From Octopus vulgaris (Eukaryota), in NCBI GenBank assembly GCA_951406725.2, contig OX597841.1:14136001-14200000 (forward strand): 64,000 bases of DNA. Reading direction: 5' to 3'. Shown one piece after another: positions 12,918-24,500 of this stretch. Below the pieces are notes generated by a model. It ran no database searches, was not told the origin of the DNA, and was given only the letters and a program-made list of their open reading frames with translations. The position numbers and the translations under genes were made by a program. The first letter of the stretch is position 1. Each line of letters opens with the position of its first letter.

Positions 12918-13371
12918 TCATATTCAGTAAATCATAAATCTGAAAGAGAAGGATACTCTAAGTTAGAGAGCAGTAGAGTATTTAGGTAGAGATGGTCATG
13001 GCTGGTTCATAAGGATAGTGGTGGTGGCCATAAGGGTGTGTAAAGCCAAGTGCTTTATAGACACGAAACCCTGGGTGCTCCTATGAACTGGCCATAACTA
13101 TCTTTATTTATCTGGGTCAGATATGGCCTGTCTAAGTGCTAAAGTGTTAATGTTAAATTGTTTTTATACATAACTCAGCATAAATATATATATATATATA
13201 TATATATAATTAGCAAAAACCACCTTTTATCAATTAAAAATTAAATTACACCATCTAGAAAATTACATATAATAGAAATATTAAATATAAGATAAAAAAT
13301 ATAACAATGATTTAGTATTTCTAAATTGAATTTTTCCCTGTAAGTTTGGAATAATATTCCCTCAAATTATT

Positions 13372-13438
<67 letters not shown>

Positions 13439-13923
13439 TTTTGTGTATAATGCTCAAAATGAAAAACAAAAAATGATGGTATATATAATATGTATTTGTT
13501 AAGTATTTTTTGTTATAGAAACTGAAAGTTTTACTTTGTCAACACAAAGAAGGGTTTCTTTTTTTTTTTTTTTTTGTACAATATATGTATATTGTTTCCC
13601 AACCATACTGTTTTTAGGTTCAATCCCTCTGTATCTTATCCTGGGTCCGTGTTTTCCATTACAGCCTAGGCTGATCAAAGCCTTGTGAGTTAATTTGGTG
13701 GGTAGAAACTGAACGACGCCCACTTTATGTGCATGTGTGTCTGTTTGTATGTATCTTTGTCTTGATGTTGTAAACGAGTGTCACTGTTATATAAGCAGTG
13801 TTGTTGTCCATTTCCAGTACCCTGCAAAAACCTATTTAAACATTTCATTGCATTTTCTCTGTTAAAATCCACTGCTTTTGTTTTAATTAATTTTTGAAAG
13901 TAACGAAGAATTTAGTAGAATAA

Positions 13924-14368
13924 TAGTTATCGCCAAACTAATATGGCAGTCCATAAATATAAGACTAAAGCTGTCGCTGATTAGCTCCAAGAGGCCATTG
14001 CCTCAAGCTAGCTATATGACACACGAACCTGCGTCCATTATAACCTTCGAACAGGGGAGGTCAGCCGCTTCACCTTGCTGGTCAGACATCTGCAGACATG
14101 TTTCAGGGTAGTTGCCCTTTATCAATGCAGAGTAGTCAGACCCAGCAGGTGTCGCTACCGACCGTCTGTTCGAAGATTTTATTTACCTAATTTCAGTGGA
14201 ATACATCCACTTGTTTTCAATAATAGAAATATTAAAATTACTAAGTCTCTCTAAAGCTTTAGTCTTATATTTATAGACTGCCATATTAGTATGGTGATAA
14301 CTATTAATATCCAGTAACACTGCCGTAATCTCCTTTAGAGAGACTTAGTAATTTTAATATTTCTATTC
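13924..14368 (-). mobile_element. Penelope-like non-autonomous insertion with internal inversions and hammerhead
   Basis: 9-bp direct repeat gtagaataa (13915-13923 and 14369-14377) interrupts a MITE; inverted pairs 13921-13972/14255-14306 and 14222-14256/14333-14367. Confidence 0.7.
14089..14131 (-). ncRNA. Minimal type-I hammerhead ribozyme motif (U3-A8 core variant)
   Basis: Minus strand reads TCTGCA-TTGATAA-AGGG(caacta)CCCT-GAAA-CATG-TC-TGCAGA; 6-bp stem I, 4-bp stem II, ACATGT palindromic stem III. Confidence 0.82.
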
Positions 14369-14677
14369 GTAGAATAACTTTGTCATTAGTTAATCTGGTG
14401 TTTGGAACATAAATTAAAGGGTTTCATTTAGATCACTTTAACCCTTTTGTTACCATATTTCTCTTGAAACCCACTGCCTTTGTTTCAATTACCGTATTTT
14501 AATGTGAATAAGGAACCCCCTAATTTTTGGGGCTTAATATTTGGAAAAAGGGTTTTTATAAGGGATTATCATACTATCTAGGTATAAAAAACTCCCATAT
14601 TTTTTAGACCTAATTTTTGACAAAAAAAAAAGGGTTCCTTACACATGTTAAAATACAGTTTTGAAAATGATGAAGAA

Positions 14678-14785
14678 CTAGCAGTATCGCCCGGTGTTTC
14701 TCGGGTTTGTTTCGACCCTTTAGAATTGGAATTTCTGAAAAATAAAAATTTTGCATTATGTAGCTTGTTATTCTCTTTAAGTAAA
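14678..14785 (-). mobile_element. Helitron 3' end fragment
   Basis: Minus strand ends acaaacccgagaaacaccgggcgatactgCTAG|T. Confidence 0.6.
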
Positions 14786-15429
14786 AAGCACGAGTGGTTG
14801 GTGTTAGGAAGGGCATCCAGCTGTAGAAACACTGCCAGATCAGACTGGAGCCTGGTGCAGCCTCCTGGCTTCCCAGACCCCGGTCGAACTGTCCAACCCA
14901 TGCTAGCATGGAAAAACGAACGTTAAACGTTGATGATGATGACACATATATACGACAGGCTTCTTTCAGTTTCCGTCTACCAAATCCACTCTCAAGGCTT
15001 TGGTCTGCCTGAGGCTATAGCAGAAGACACTTGCCCAAGGTGTCACGCAGTGGGACTGAACCTAGAACCATCTGTTTGGGAAGCAAGCTTCTTACCGCAC
15101 AGCCACTCCTGCACCTATATGTATATTATTTACATATGTAAAAACCTGGGACGACAAAGGGAACGAACAATTTTGTTATGAACCATACATTAGCTTAAAG
15201 CTGTTTCTGCTGCAAGGTGCAATGCACTCACAGCTGAGTGCTTCAGTATCATCTGTGTGTGTATATGTATCTGCACATACACACACATATTTACTTACAA
15301 ATGCATCTGTGTGTTTATATACGTATACTTATATATGTGTAAATGTATGTATGTGTATCTTTGTTTGGGGCATACATTTGTATGTGTGTGTGTGTGTGTA
15401 TGTATGTATAAACTTGTGTGTGTATTTTA

Positions 15430-15760
15430 GTTAGTTAGTTAGTTAATTTTTTGGCTCAAAAAGCAAAAAAGCAAGGCCATGTAGGGGGACATGGAGTTAT
15501 GTACAGGGTGGTGTTCATGTAAAGAGTTCAGGCCACTTGTGGTCAAGGGAGACTTTGAACCGAGCGGTCGTCGGCATCTTCGCCATCTCGTCCGGCAGCT
15601 TATTCCACGGAACCGCAAACCCGGACGGAGAAAGCCCCTCTCCTTCGATTGAGATGAAATCGTCGCAGATAGAGCTTTTCGGAGTGACCCCGCAGCCGAC
15701 GCTCTGGAACAGGAGTGAAGAACAGCTCTTTCGAGAGGTTACACTTTCTGCTTATGATGT
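15430..15760 (-). mobile_element. CR1-clade LINE 3' fragment
   Basis: Same sequence as 53950-54285; KCNLSKELFFTP..RLRGHSEKL; (TAAC)n tail. Confidence 0.8.
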
Positions 15761-16280
15761 ATGTAAAGATGGCTAAGTTTTGTACATTTTCCATTCTGTG
15801 TTACACGTTTTATTATAGTATAGAAAACACATTACGCATATAAATATTAACACTGCGTTACTTATAATTCCTTCCATACAAATGCATATATGTGTGTGTG
15901 TGTGTGTTTAAGTGTGTGTATATATGATTGTGTATCTATCTATCTATGTGTGTGTGTGTATGTATATATATTTTACTTGTTTCCATCATTTGACTGGCCA
16001 TGCTGGAGCACTGCCTTTTAGTCGAACAAATGGACTCCAGGACTTTTTTTTTTTTGCAAGCCTAGTACTTATTCTGTTGGTGTCTTTTTGCTGAACCGCT
16101 AAGTTACAGGAGTGTAAACACACCATCACTGAATGTCAAGCGACGGTGGAGCACAAACACAGATACACAAATACATATACATGTATATATATTGTATGTG
16201 TATGTGTGTATGTATATGTCTGTGTGTGTGTGTCTATATGTGTGTGTATATTTGTGTGTGTGTGTATATATATATGTGTT

Positions 16281-16327
<47 letters not shown>

Positions 16328-16825
16328 CTATATGTGTGTATGTATATATATATGTGTGTGTATGTATGTGTATATATATGTATATATATACATATGTGTG
16401 TGTGTGTAATTGTTAAAAAAGCTTTCATCTGTTTTATTCAGCCATTTGAATAATTGTGTCTGCCAAAGCTGCACTCCTCTCTCTCCCTCTCCCTCTCTCT
16501 CTCTCTCCCTCTCTCTCTCTCTCTCCCTCTCTCTCTCCCCCTCTCCCTCTCTCCCTCTCTGGTTTTGTCTATCAATCAACTCCATATTGTATTAAAATTC
16601 CCCAGTTCCCATCTCTTTAAGTGCTTTTTGACAAATCTGGTTCCCTTTTATAAAAAGGGACTTCCTCTTTTACCATTGCAGGCTGTACTCGCCTTCCTCT
16701 CCCTCTCTCTTTCTCTCCTTACTTTTTCTCTCTCTCTCGCCCTTCTCCTCCCCCCACCTCTCTCGCCTACATTGCAGCTGTCTGTGTTTTCCCTCCTCTC
16801 CTCTACCCTCTCCCTTGCTACTCTC

Positions 16826-16857
<32 letters not shown>

Positions 16858-16914
16858 CACATTCCAGCTGTCAGATCAGCTCAGACTTCCCTCTCTGACT
16901 CACTGCAGTAGTTG

Positions 16915-16952
<38 letters not shown>

Positions 16953-17341
16953 TTGTTGAATTCCACTTCATTTCAAGGTCTCCCCCCCCCCCCACCGAAC
17001 TATCTGTCTTGTATGTGTGTGTGTGTGTATGCCCATGTATGTTTTTTGTGTGTGCGTATGCGTGCACTAATTTCTCTTTCTCTCTCTCTCTCTCTCTCTC
17101 TGTGCAAGTTTCTGTGTGTGTGTGTATGTATGCCAGTTTCTGTGTGTGTGTATGTATGTGCCTTTTTCTCTGTGTGTGTCTGTATGCTTGTGTTTGACCA
17201 TCTTCCTGTATATGTGCATGTGTACGTATTTACTTCTGTGCCTTTGTTCCTGTGTGTGTGTGTTTATGTATTCCCATGTATTTGGTTTTGTGTGTTTACA
17301 TATTACTATTATTATTACTATTATTGTTATTATTATTATTG

Positions 17342-17375
<34 letters not shown>

Positions 17376-17854
17376 GGCAGGGGGAGGTGGCAGAGTCGTT
17401 AGCACGTCTGAGCGAAATGCCGAGTGGTGTTCAGTCTGTCTTCACGTTCTGCGTTCAAATTCTGCTGAGGTCTACTTTGCCTTTCATCCTTTCGGGATTG
17501 ATAAATTGGGTACCTGTCAAGTCTGGGGGTCAATGTAATCGACTAAATCTCCATCTCCCAAAATTTCAGGCCTTGTGCCTTTACTAGAAAGGATTACCAT
17601 TATTATTATTTTTATTATTATTATTATAGAAGATGGTGAGTTGGCAGAATTGTTAGCGGACTGGACGAAGTGCCTAGTGGTGTTTTGTTTGTCACTGCAT
17701 TCTGAGTTCAAATTCCGCTGAGGTCAGCTTTGCATTTCATCCTTTCAAGGTCAATAAATTAAGAACCAGTTATACACTGGGGTCGATATAATCGACTATC
17801 CCCCTTCCTCACAAATTCGAGGCTTTGTTCCTCCTGTAGAAAGGATTATTATTA

Positions 17855-17892
<38 letters not shown>

Positions 17893-18247
17893 GAGTGAGG
17901 GAGCAGTTCATGCCATCAAAGTGACACTGGGGTAAAATATATGAAGCCCAGTATACCCATCATGACTACCCGTCTGGTAAGGGTACACCAGGCACATGCA
18001 TCACAACCATATGTGCGCGACATGGTGATCTCATATCAAGATAAACAGCGCATGACCTTGCAGGTGGGACCCAGTTAGAATTTTCTTCAGGTTGAGTAAC
18101 CCATCCCGCTCAAATGGTCCCTGAATAAGGGTTGTTTAAGGATTTTGAAAGAACCACCCATATTTCCAGAGGTGAATTATTCAAACCCCAAAGAATCCCT
18201 CTCAACACATGGCTATGATGCTCCCCCACTATCATTGTTATTATTAT

Positions 18248-18440
18248 TCAGTAGTATATTTTTTATAGCGTGCTTTCACTTCACTACCGAGCGCAGCTCT
18301 GTGTGCCTTGGGTATGTGCTGTGATTTGTTGTGATGCTCTGATGGTTATTGTATGGAAAGTGTTCTGCGTAGGATGTGTGCAGTGCCCAGTAGTGCAATT
18401 TTCTGTATGTTATATGTGTTTGTAAGTCCTGGTGTTTTTG
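18248..18440 (-). mobile_element. R4/Dong-type non-LTR element 3' end inside (TTA)n
   Basis: IQKIALLGTAHILRRTLSIQ* C-terminal motif; flanked on both sides by (TAA)n. Confidence 0.7.
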
Positions 18441-19156
18441 TTATTATTATTATTATTATACTAGTTGGTGAGCTGGCTGAATTGTTAGCATAACAGGTAA
18501 AATGCTTGGTGGCACTTCCTTGGGTATTGTGTCCAAATTCTGCCAAGGTAGACTTAGTCTTTCATACTTTTGGGATCCATATAACAAGCACCAGTTGAAC
18601 GCTGGGGTTGATCTAATTGACTTAGCCCCTACCCCACAAATTGTTGGTTCGATGCCAAAATTCAAAACCATTATTATTGTTGCTGTTGTTGTCATTGTTA
18701 AGGCAGTAAGCTGGCAGAATCATTAGCTTGGCGGACAATATGCTTGCCAAGTTCTCGTCCATAAGTACCTGCCGTGCACTGGGTGCCGGGTGCAATTGAC
18801 TACCCCACCTCCTCTTACGATCTTCAGGCCTTGTGTTTACACTAGGAAAGGTTGTTGTTGTTGTTATTATTATTATTATTGTTAGACTGGTGGATTGCTG
18901 AAATTTGTAGAGCATGGGGAGAAAATAGCATGAAGTGTTTAGTCATGTCTGCTTTACAATCTGAGTTCAAATCCTTCCAAAGTCGACTCGGCCTTTCATT
19001 ATTCTTTCCATTTTTTGATGACTCATGACATAAAGTACCAGTTGAGTACAGGGTGCTAAAAAAAACCCCCACCCATATTATAGATACTTCATCTTTCCTC
19101 TTGTTCTTGTCATTAGACTGTGGCCATGATGGGGCAGCACCTCAAAGAGTTTCTTT

Positions 19157-19490
19157 CATCATCATCATCGTTTAACGTCCGCTTTCCATGCTAGCATGGG
19201 TTGGACGGTTCAACTGGGGTCTGGGAAGCCCGAAGGCTGCACCAGGCCAGTCAGACCTGGCAGTGTTTCTACAGCTGGATGCCCTTCCTAACGCCAACCA
19301 CTCCGAGAGTGTAGTGGGTGATTTTATGTGCCACCGACACAGGTGCCAGACGAGGCTGGCGAACGGCCACGCTCGGATGGTGTTTTTATGTGCCACCGAC
19401 ACAGGTGCCAGACGAGGCTGGCAGACGGCCACGCTCGGATGGTGTTTTTATGTGCCACCGACACAGGTGCCAGACGAGGCTGGCAGACGC
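19157..19490 (-). mobile_element. SINE family C ((ATG)n tail) with an internal ~62-bp tandem triplication
   Basis: gttggcgttaggaagggcatccagctgtagaaac core; other copies near 11116, 14792, 20170, 24075, 41233, 43090, 57686. Confidence 0.75.
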
Positions 19491-21118
19491 AAATGAATTA
19501 ACCCCAGTACTGTTCTTTTGTTTTCAAGCCTGGTGGTTATTCTATTCATCCCTTTTGCCAAACTGCTAAGTTATAGGGAGTGTAAACAAACCAGCACCGG
19601 TTTTCAGAAAGTAGCGGCGGACAAATGCACACACATGATAGGCTTCTTTCAGTTTCTGTCTGTCAAATCCACTCGCAAAGCTTTGGCTGGCCTGATACTG
19701 TTGTAGACACTTGTCAAGGTGCCACATGGTTGGGACACAAGCCTCTTACCACACAGCCACATGTATGCAAGGCAAGAGGAGTTTTTGTCACACCCTGTCC
19801 TTGGCATTTGACCTCTGTATGATTCACTATCGTTAGCATTTGACCTCTGTATCATTCACTATCCTTTAGCATTTGACCTCTGTCCTTAGCATTTGACCTC
19901 TGTATAATTGACTGGGTTCCTTCCCCAAAGTTTGTTGCTTTGTGCCCTTCTTGAAGCCCTTGGGCTAAATCTTAAACCTGTGGAGTTCCTTGTTTAATGC
20001 TTACTATATATTTGTGAGTAAGAGGTTTGGTTTGCAACCAGAAGGTTCCAGGTTCAGTCCTACTGCGTGGCACATTGGACTAATGTCTTCTATTGTAGTC
20101 TCAGGCCAATCAAAAAAGCCTTGTGGGTGGATTTGGTAGATGGAAACTGAAAGAAGCTCATTATATATCATCATGATCATCATCATCGTTTAACGTCCGT
20201 TCTCCATGCTAGCATGGGTTGGACGGTACGACTGGGGATCTGGGAAGCCAGAAGGCTGCACCAGGCTCCAGTCTGATCTGGCAGAGTTTCTACAGCTGGA
20301 TGCCCTTCCTAACGCCAACCACTCCGTGAGTGTAGTGGGTGCTTTTTACGTGCCAGGCGAGGCTGGCAACGGCCACGATCGGATTGGTGCATTTTACGTG
20401 CCACTGGCACGGAAGCCATTCGAGGCGGCACTGGCTTCGGCCACGATTCGGATGGTGCTTTTTACGTGACACCGACACGGAAGCCAGTCGAGGCGGCGCT
20501 GGCATCACCCACGATTTGGATAGTGCTTTTTACGTACCAGGGGTCCTGGCATCTGCCAGGTGCCAGTCATAGGATTGGTTCAATATATATATATATATAT
20601 ATGTGTGTGTTTGTGTGTGTGTCTTTGTGTCTATGTTTGTCTCCCATCTTTGCCTGAAAACTGCTTTTGGCGTGTTTATGTCCCCGTGACTTAGCAGCTC
20701 ATCAAAAGATACCTGTAAATATGTACTAGGCTTTTTTTTTTTTTTTTAAAGTGCTGGTTGTCAATTCAATGGACTAAAATTCTTTAAGGTGGTGCCCCAG
20801 CATGGCCGCAGTCTAATGTCTGGCTCAAGTAAAAGATACCTTTTTTTTTTTTTTTGCTTTCCCTCTTCCGTGCTTCTCCGATTCCTGTGTGCCCTTCCTC
20901 TTCACGTTTCCTATTCCGTCTTTGTGAAGTTCCATCATTTGTTACCCTTGTAGCAGTTTAAGAAAAAAAAAGAAGAAAAACGTGATTATTTTTTTTGTTT
21001 TTTTTTTTCCATTTATTTATTATTTTTTCTTTGTTTCTTTTTATTTATTATTTTCTTTTATTTTTATTTTCCTTTTTATTTATTTCGCCTCCAAGTTTAC
21101 AAAGACATTTAAAAAATC

Positions 21119-21526
21119 ATGGAACTTGGACCATACGCTGCTGAAGTTGGTCTGACCCCAGAGTCTTTGCAGTCGGGCACGTTGACCCCTCCCGACAAGG
21201 TGAAGGTCGGCCTCGTCTTTGAGATTTTGAAATATGCAAAGAGACTCAACGTCTCGTGTCTGCAGTCCGCCAGGTGGATACTGTCGCTGTACCGAGACGC
21301 GAGGAGCGAACACGACACTGCTGAACGGCGGAAACTGTTGGATTACGTTAGGAGATCGGCATCAAGGAAGTACAGCAAGCGTGAGAAAATTAGGGGTCAG
21401 AAGCGTAAGGAGTTCCTCGACTCGCAGTTTGAATTGCCGACCAGCTTACCCGCAGAGAGGGAGAACCAGTCCCCAGGGACCGAGGAGGAGCGCAGCCCAG
21501 CCAAGGGAAAAGTCGACAGCAATACA
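21119..21526 (+). CDS. Coding exon 1 (MELGPYAAEV...GKVDSNT)
   Basis: Long polypyrimidine tract and ccaag acceptor at 21095; in-frame TAA 9 nt before the ATG; donor ACA|gtaagt; phase 0 matches the next exon. Confidence 0.8.
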
Positions 21527-24500
21527 GTAAGTATTCTCGTCCCATCCATGCCATCTCCACCAACCACCCCCATCACCCCCCACCCCCCACCACTCACTAC
21601 TTTGACCGTTGGGAGACGAGGGGGAAGCCGGTGAGAAATCCTTTACACCAGATTTGGACAGACTTTCTTCACCATGAGCTGGGTCGCATGAGATGTGACC
21701 CGGGCCACGGTTTGCCCACGACTGCTCTCTATGTTCACACGGTCTGCATGAAATAGCAGCTAAATCTCTCTTGAATGACACCGTGCCGCCTTCGAGAGTG
21801 TTGCGCCATATAATGTTGTCTGGGGCTCCCGCAGCACAGAGCAGCGTGTCGACAAAAGAGACAGGATGGTCGTGCCTGGAGTGCCCGCCTTCTTTGATGA
21901 TAGGTTCCCTATCTGCTCAGTCAAGGCTGACCTTGTGGGGTCAAATTACTACTACTACTACCACCACCACCACTACTACCAACACCAACATCATCACCTC
22001 ATGCTGTGTCACTCACAGTCTTTATCTCTCTCTCTCTCTCTCTCTCTTTCACCCCCACCGCATTCAAAATCTTTCAACACCCCCTTTGTCCAAACATGAG
22101 CAGCTCTGACCCCTTCTACACACTTAAACCACTTCTGCTATTTCCCTGCCAATTCTTGTTTTATTTATTTTATTTAAATTTTTTTATTTATTTTTGTTTA
22201 TCATATGTTGTTTTGCTTCTTTTTTTTCTTTTTCTTTTTAAATTTCTTTTTTTTTTTTTTTGTTTATCTTTTCTGGAACCATCGTTTATCAAGCTTCTTG
22301 TATCTGCAAAATGAATTAACCCCAGAGGTGGAGGTGGAGGTCAACGTGATGGGTTGCCACCCTATACTCTCTGCAAAAGGGGTTGGCATTGGAAAATGGG
22401 GGCAGGGGTGGGTGGGTGGGAAAGGGAAACAGCATCCGGGCATTGAAGTATGGGCCCCGGTCAGATCCTGTCAAACTACCCGCCTCTCCCACATGCCAGC
22501 ATGGGTCATCATCATCATCATCATCATCATCACCACCACCATCATTTAACATCCACTTTCCATGCTGGCATGGGTTGGACAGTTTGACTGAAAACTGGTC
22601 AGCCAGAGAGCTACACTAGGTCAGATTTGGCATGGTTTCTACGGCTGGATGCCCTTCCAAACACCAACCACTCTGAGAGTATAACAGGTGCCTTTTATGT
22701 GCCACCAGCACAAGTGCCATTTACACAACACCGGCAAGGGCCACAACTACAATTTTACGGGTGCCACTTACATGACATCTGCAACGACCATGACCACAAT
22801 TTCACTTGATTTGACGAGTCTTCTCTAGCACAGCATATCCCCAAAGGGCCCGGTCACTTGTCATCACCTCCAGGCATTAAATTAAGACAATGACGACGCC
22901 CCCTTGTAGCTATGTTAGAAATCCTTATTCGATTGCCCTTGACCATACCCGCACCCTTCCACCACTGTTTTTCCACCACAACACATCCTTACCTCTGCAA
23001 CACCCCTCGTCTTTATTTCTGCCGTTCCTTCCCATCACAACTTGTCATATGGAATGGCCAGAACTTTGTTTTGTTCTGCTTCATTGAACCTAGGCCTGAG
23101 CCATGGGAAGGCCTTGGTCTTGTACCTCATGTCCCCCTGGGGCTGGCAGACCCACTGGAATGGCAAATATAAATACGTAGTTGTATTTTAGCCACAGCTG
23201 TTTTGCAAACTCCACTCAAGTCCTGCTGAGGTCCACTACAGGTCAGTTCACTGCCATCAATTCACTGTGGAGAAAGTTCACCATGGAAATGGTGACCCCC
23301 TTCGGTCAGACACTGACCATGGGTTTGCACCTAGAGAGTTACCCTCTGAGGCATAAGTCTGGGCAAGGTTGTTTTATGGAAGACCAGTAGTCGCCCATGC
23401 ATACCGGCCTTCCCCTCCACGTCACCGATGTTGTCCAAGGGAAAGGCAAAGGGGCCGATACAGCTTGGCACCTGTGACATCACAACTCATTTCTGCAGCT
23501 GAGTGAACTGGAGCAACGTAAAATAAAGTGTCTTGCTCAAGAACACAACACGCAGCCCAGTCCAGGATTCGAGCTCACAACCTCACGATCGTAAGCTCGA
23601 TGCTCTAACCACTGAGCCACGCGCCTTCACACCATGGAAATATATCCATAGTATCTTACGATTATCGTCATCGTCATCACTTAACATCTGCCTTCCATGC
23701 TGGCATAGATTGGACAGTTGGACAGGAGCTGACCAGGCTGAAGACTGCCCCACACCTGTGTCTGTTTTGGCAGGGTTTTTACAGCTGGATGCCCTTCCTA
23801 ACACCAACACCCAGCAGAGTGGACCGAATGCTTTTTTACGTGGTACCAGTACAGATGAGGTCATCTTGAAAAGGCCACGCTCAAGTGGTCACCCCAGTTG
23901 GATTCTTACTGAACTTCCTACTCTCTTCGACTGTCATCTTTCCTCCCTTCTGGAACTTTCGGTACCTCTCCTCATCTGCCTATCACTCCACCCGGATTAC
24001 CATTGGCTCTTCGTTCTTTTTTGGGATTCTATCACCATCTTATTGGCTATGTTCGTTTAAGCATCATCCGACCGTGGCCGTTTGCCAGCTCTGTCTAGCA
24101 CCTGTGCGGGTGGCACGTAAAAAGCACCCACTACACTCACGGAGTGGTTGGCGTTAGGAAGGGCATCCAGCCGTAGAAACACTGCCAGATCAGACTGAGC
24201 CTGATGCAGCCTTCTGGCTTCACAGACCCCAGTTGAACCGTCCAACCGATGCTAGCATGGAAAGCGGATGCTAAATGATGATGATGATGATATATATATA
24301 TATATATATACATATATACACACACACACATATTGAGGCAAATGTAAACAAATCAAAATCACTGACGTGGCCGATGACAGTACTGCCTGATTGGCACTCG
24401 TATCAGTGGAATGTTAAAAGAACGTCCGAGCGTGGTCGTTGCCAGGGCCACAGATTGGTTCCTGTGCCGGTGGCATGCGAAAAGCACCATTCGAGCATGA

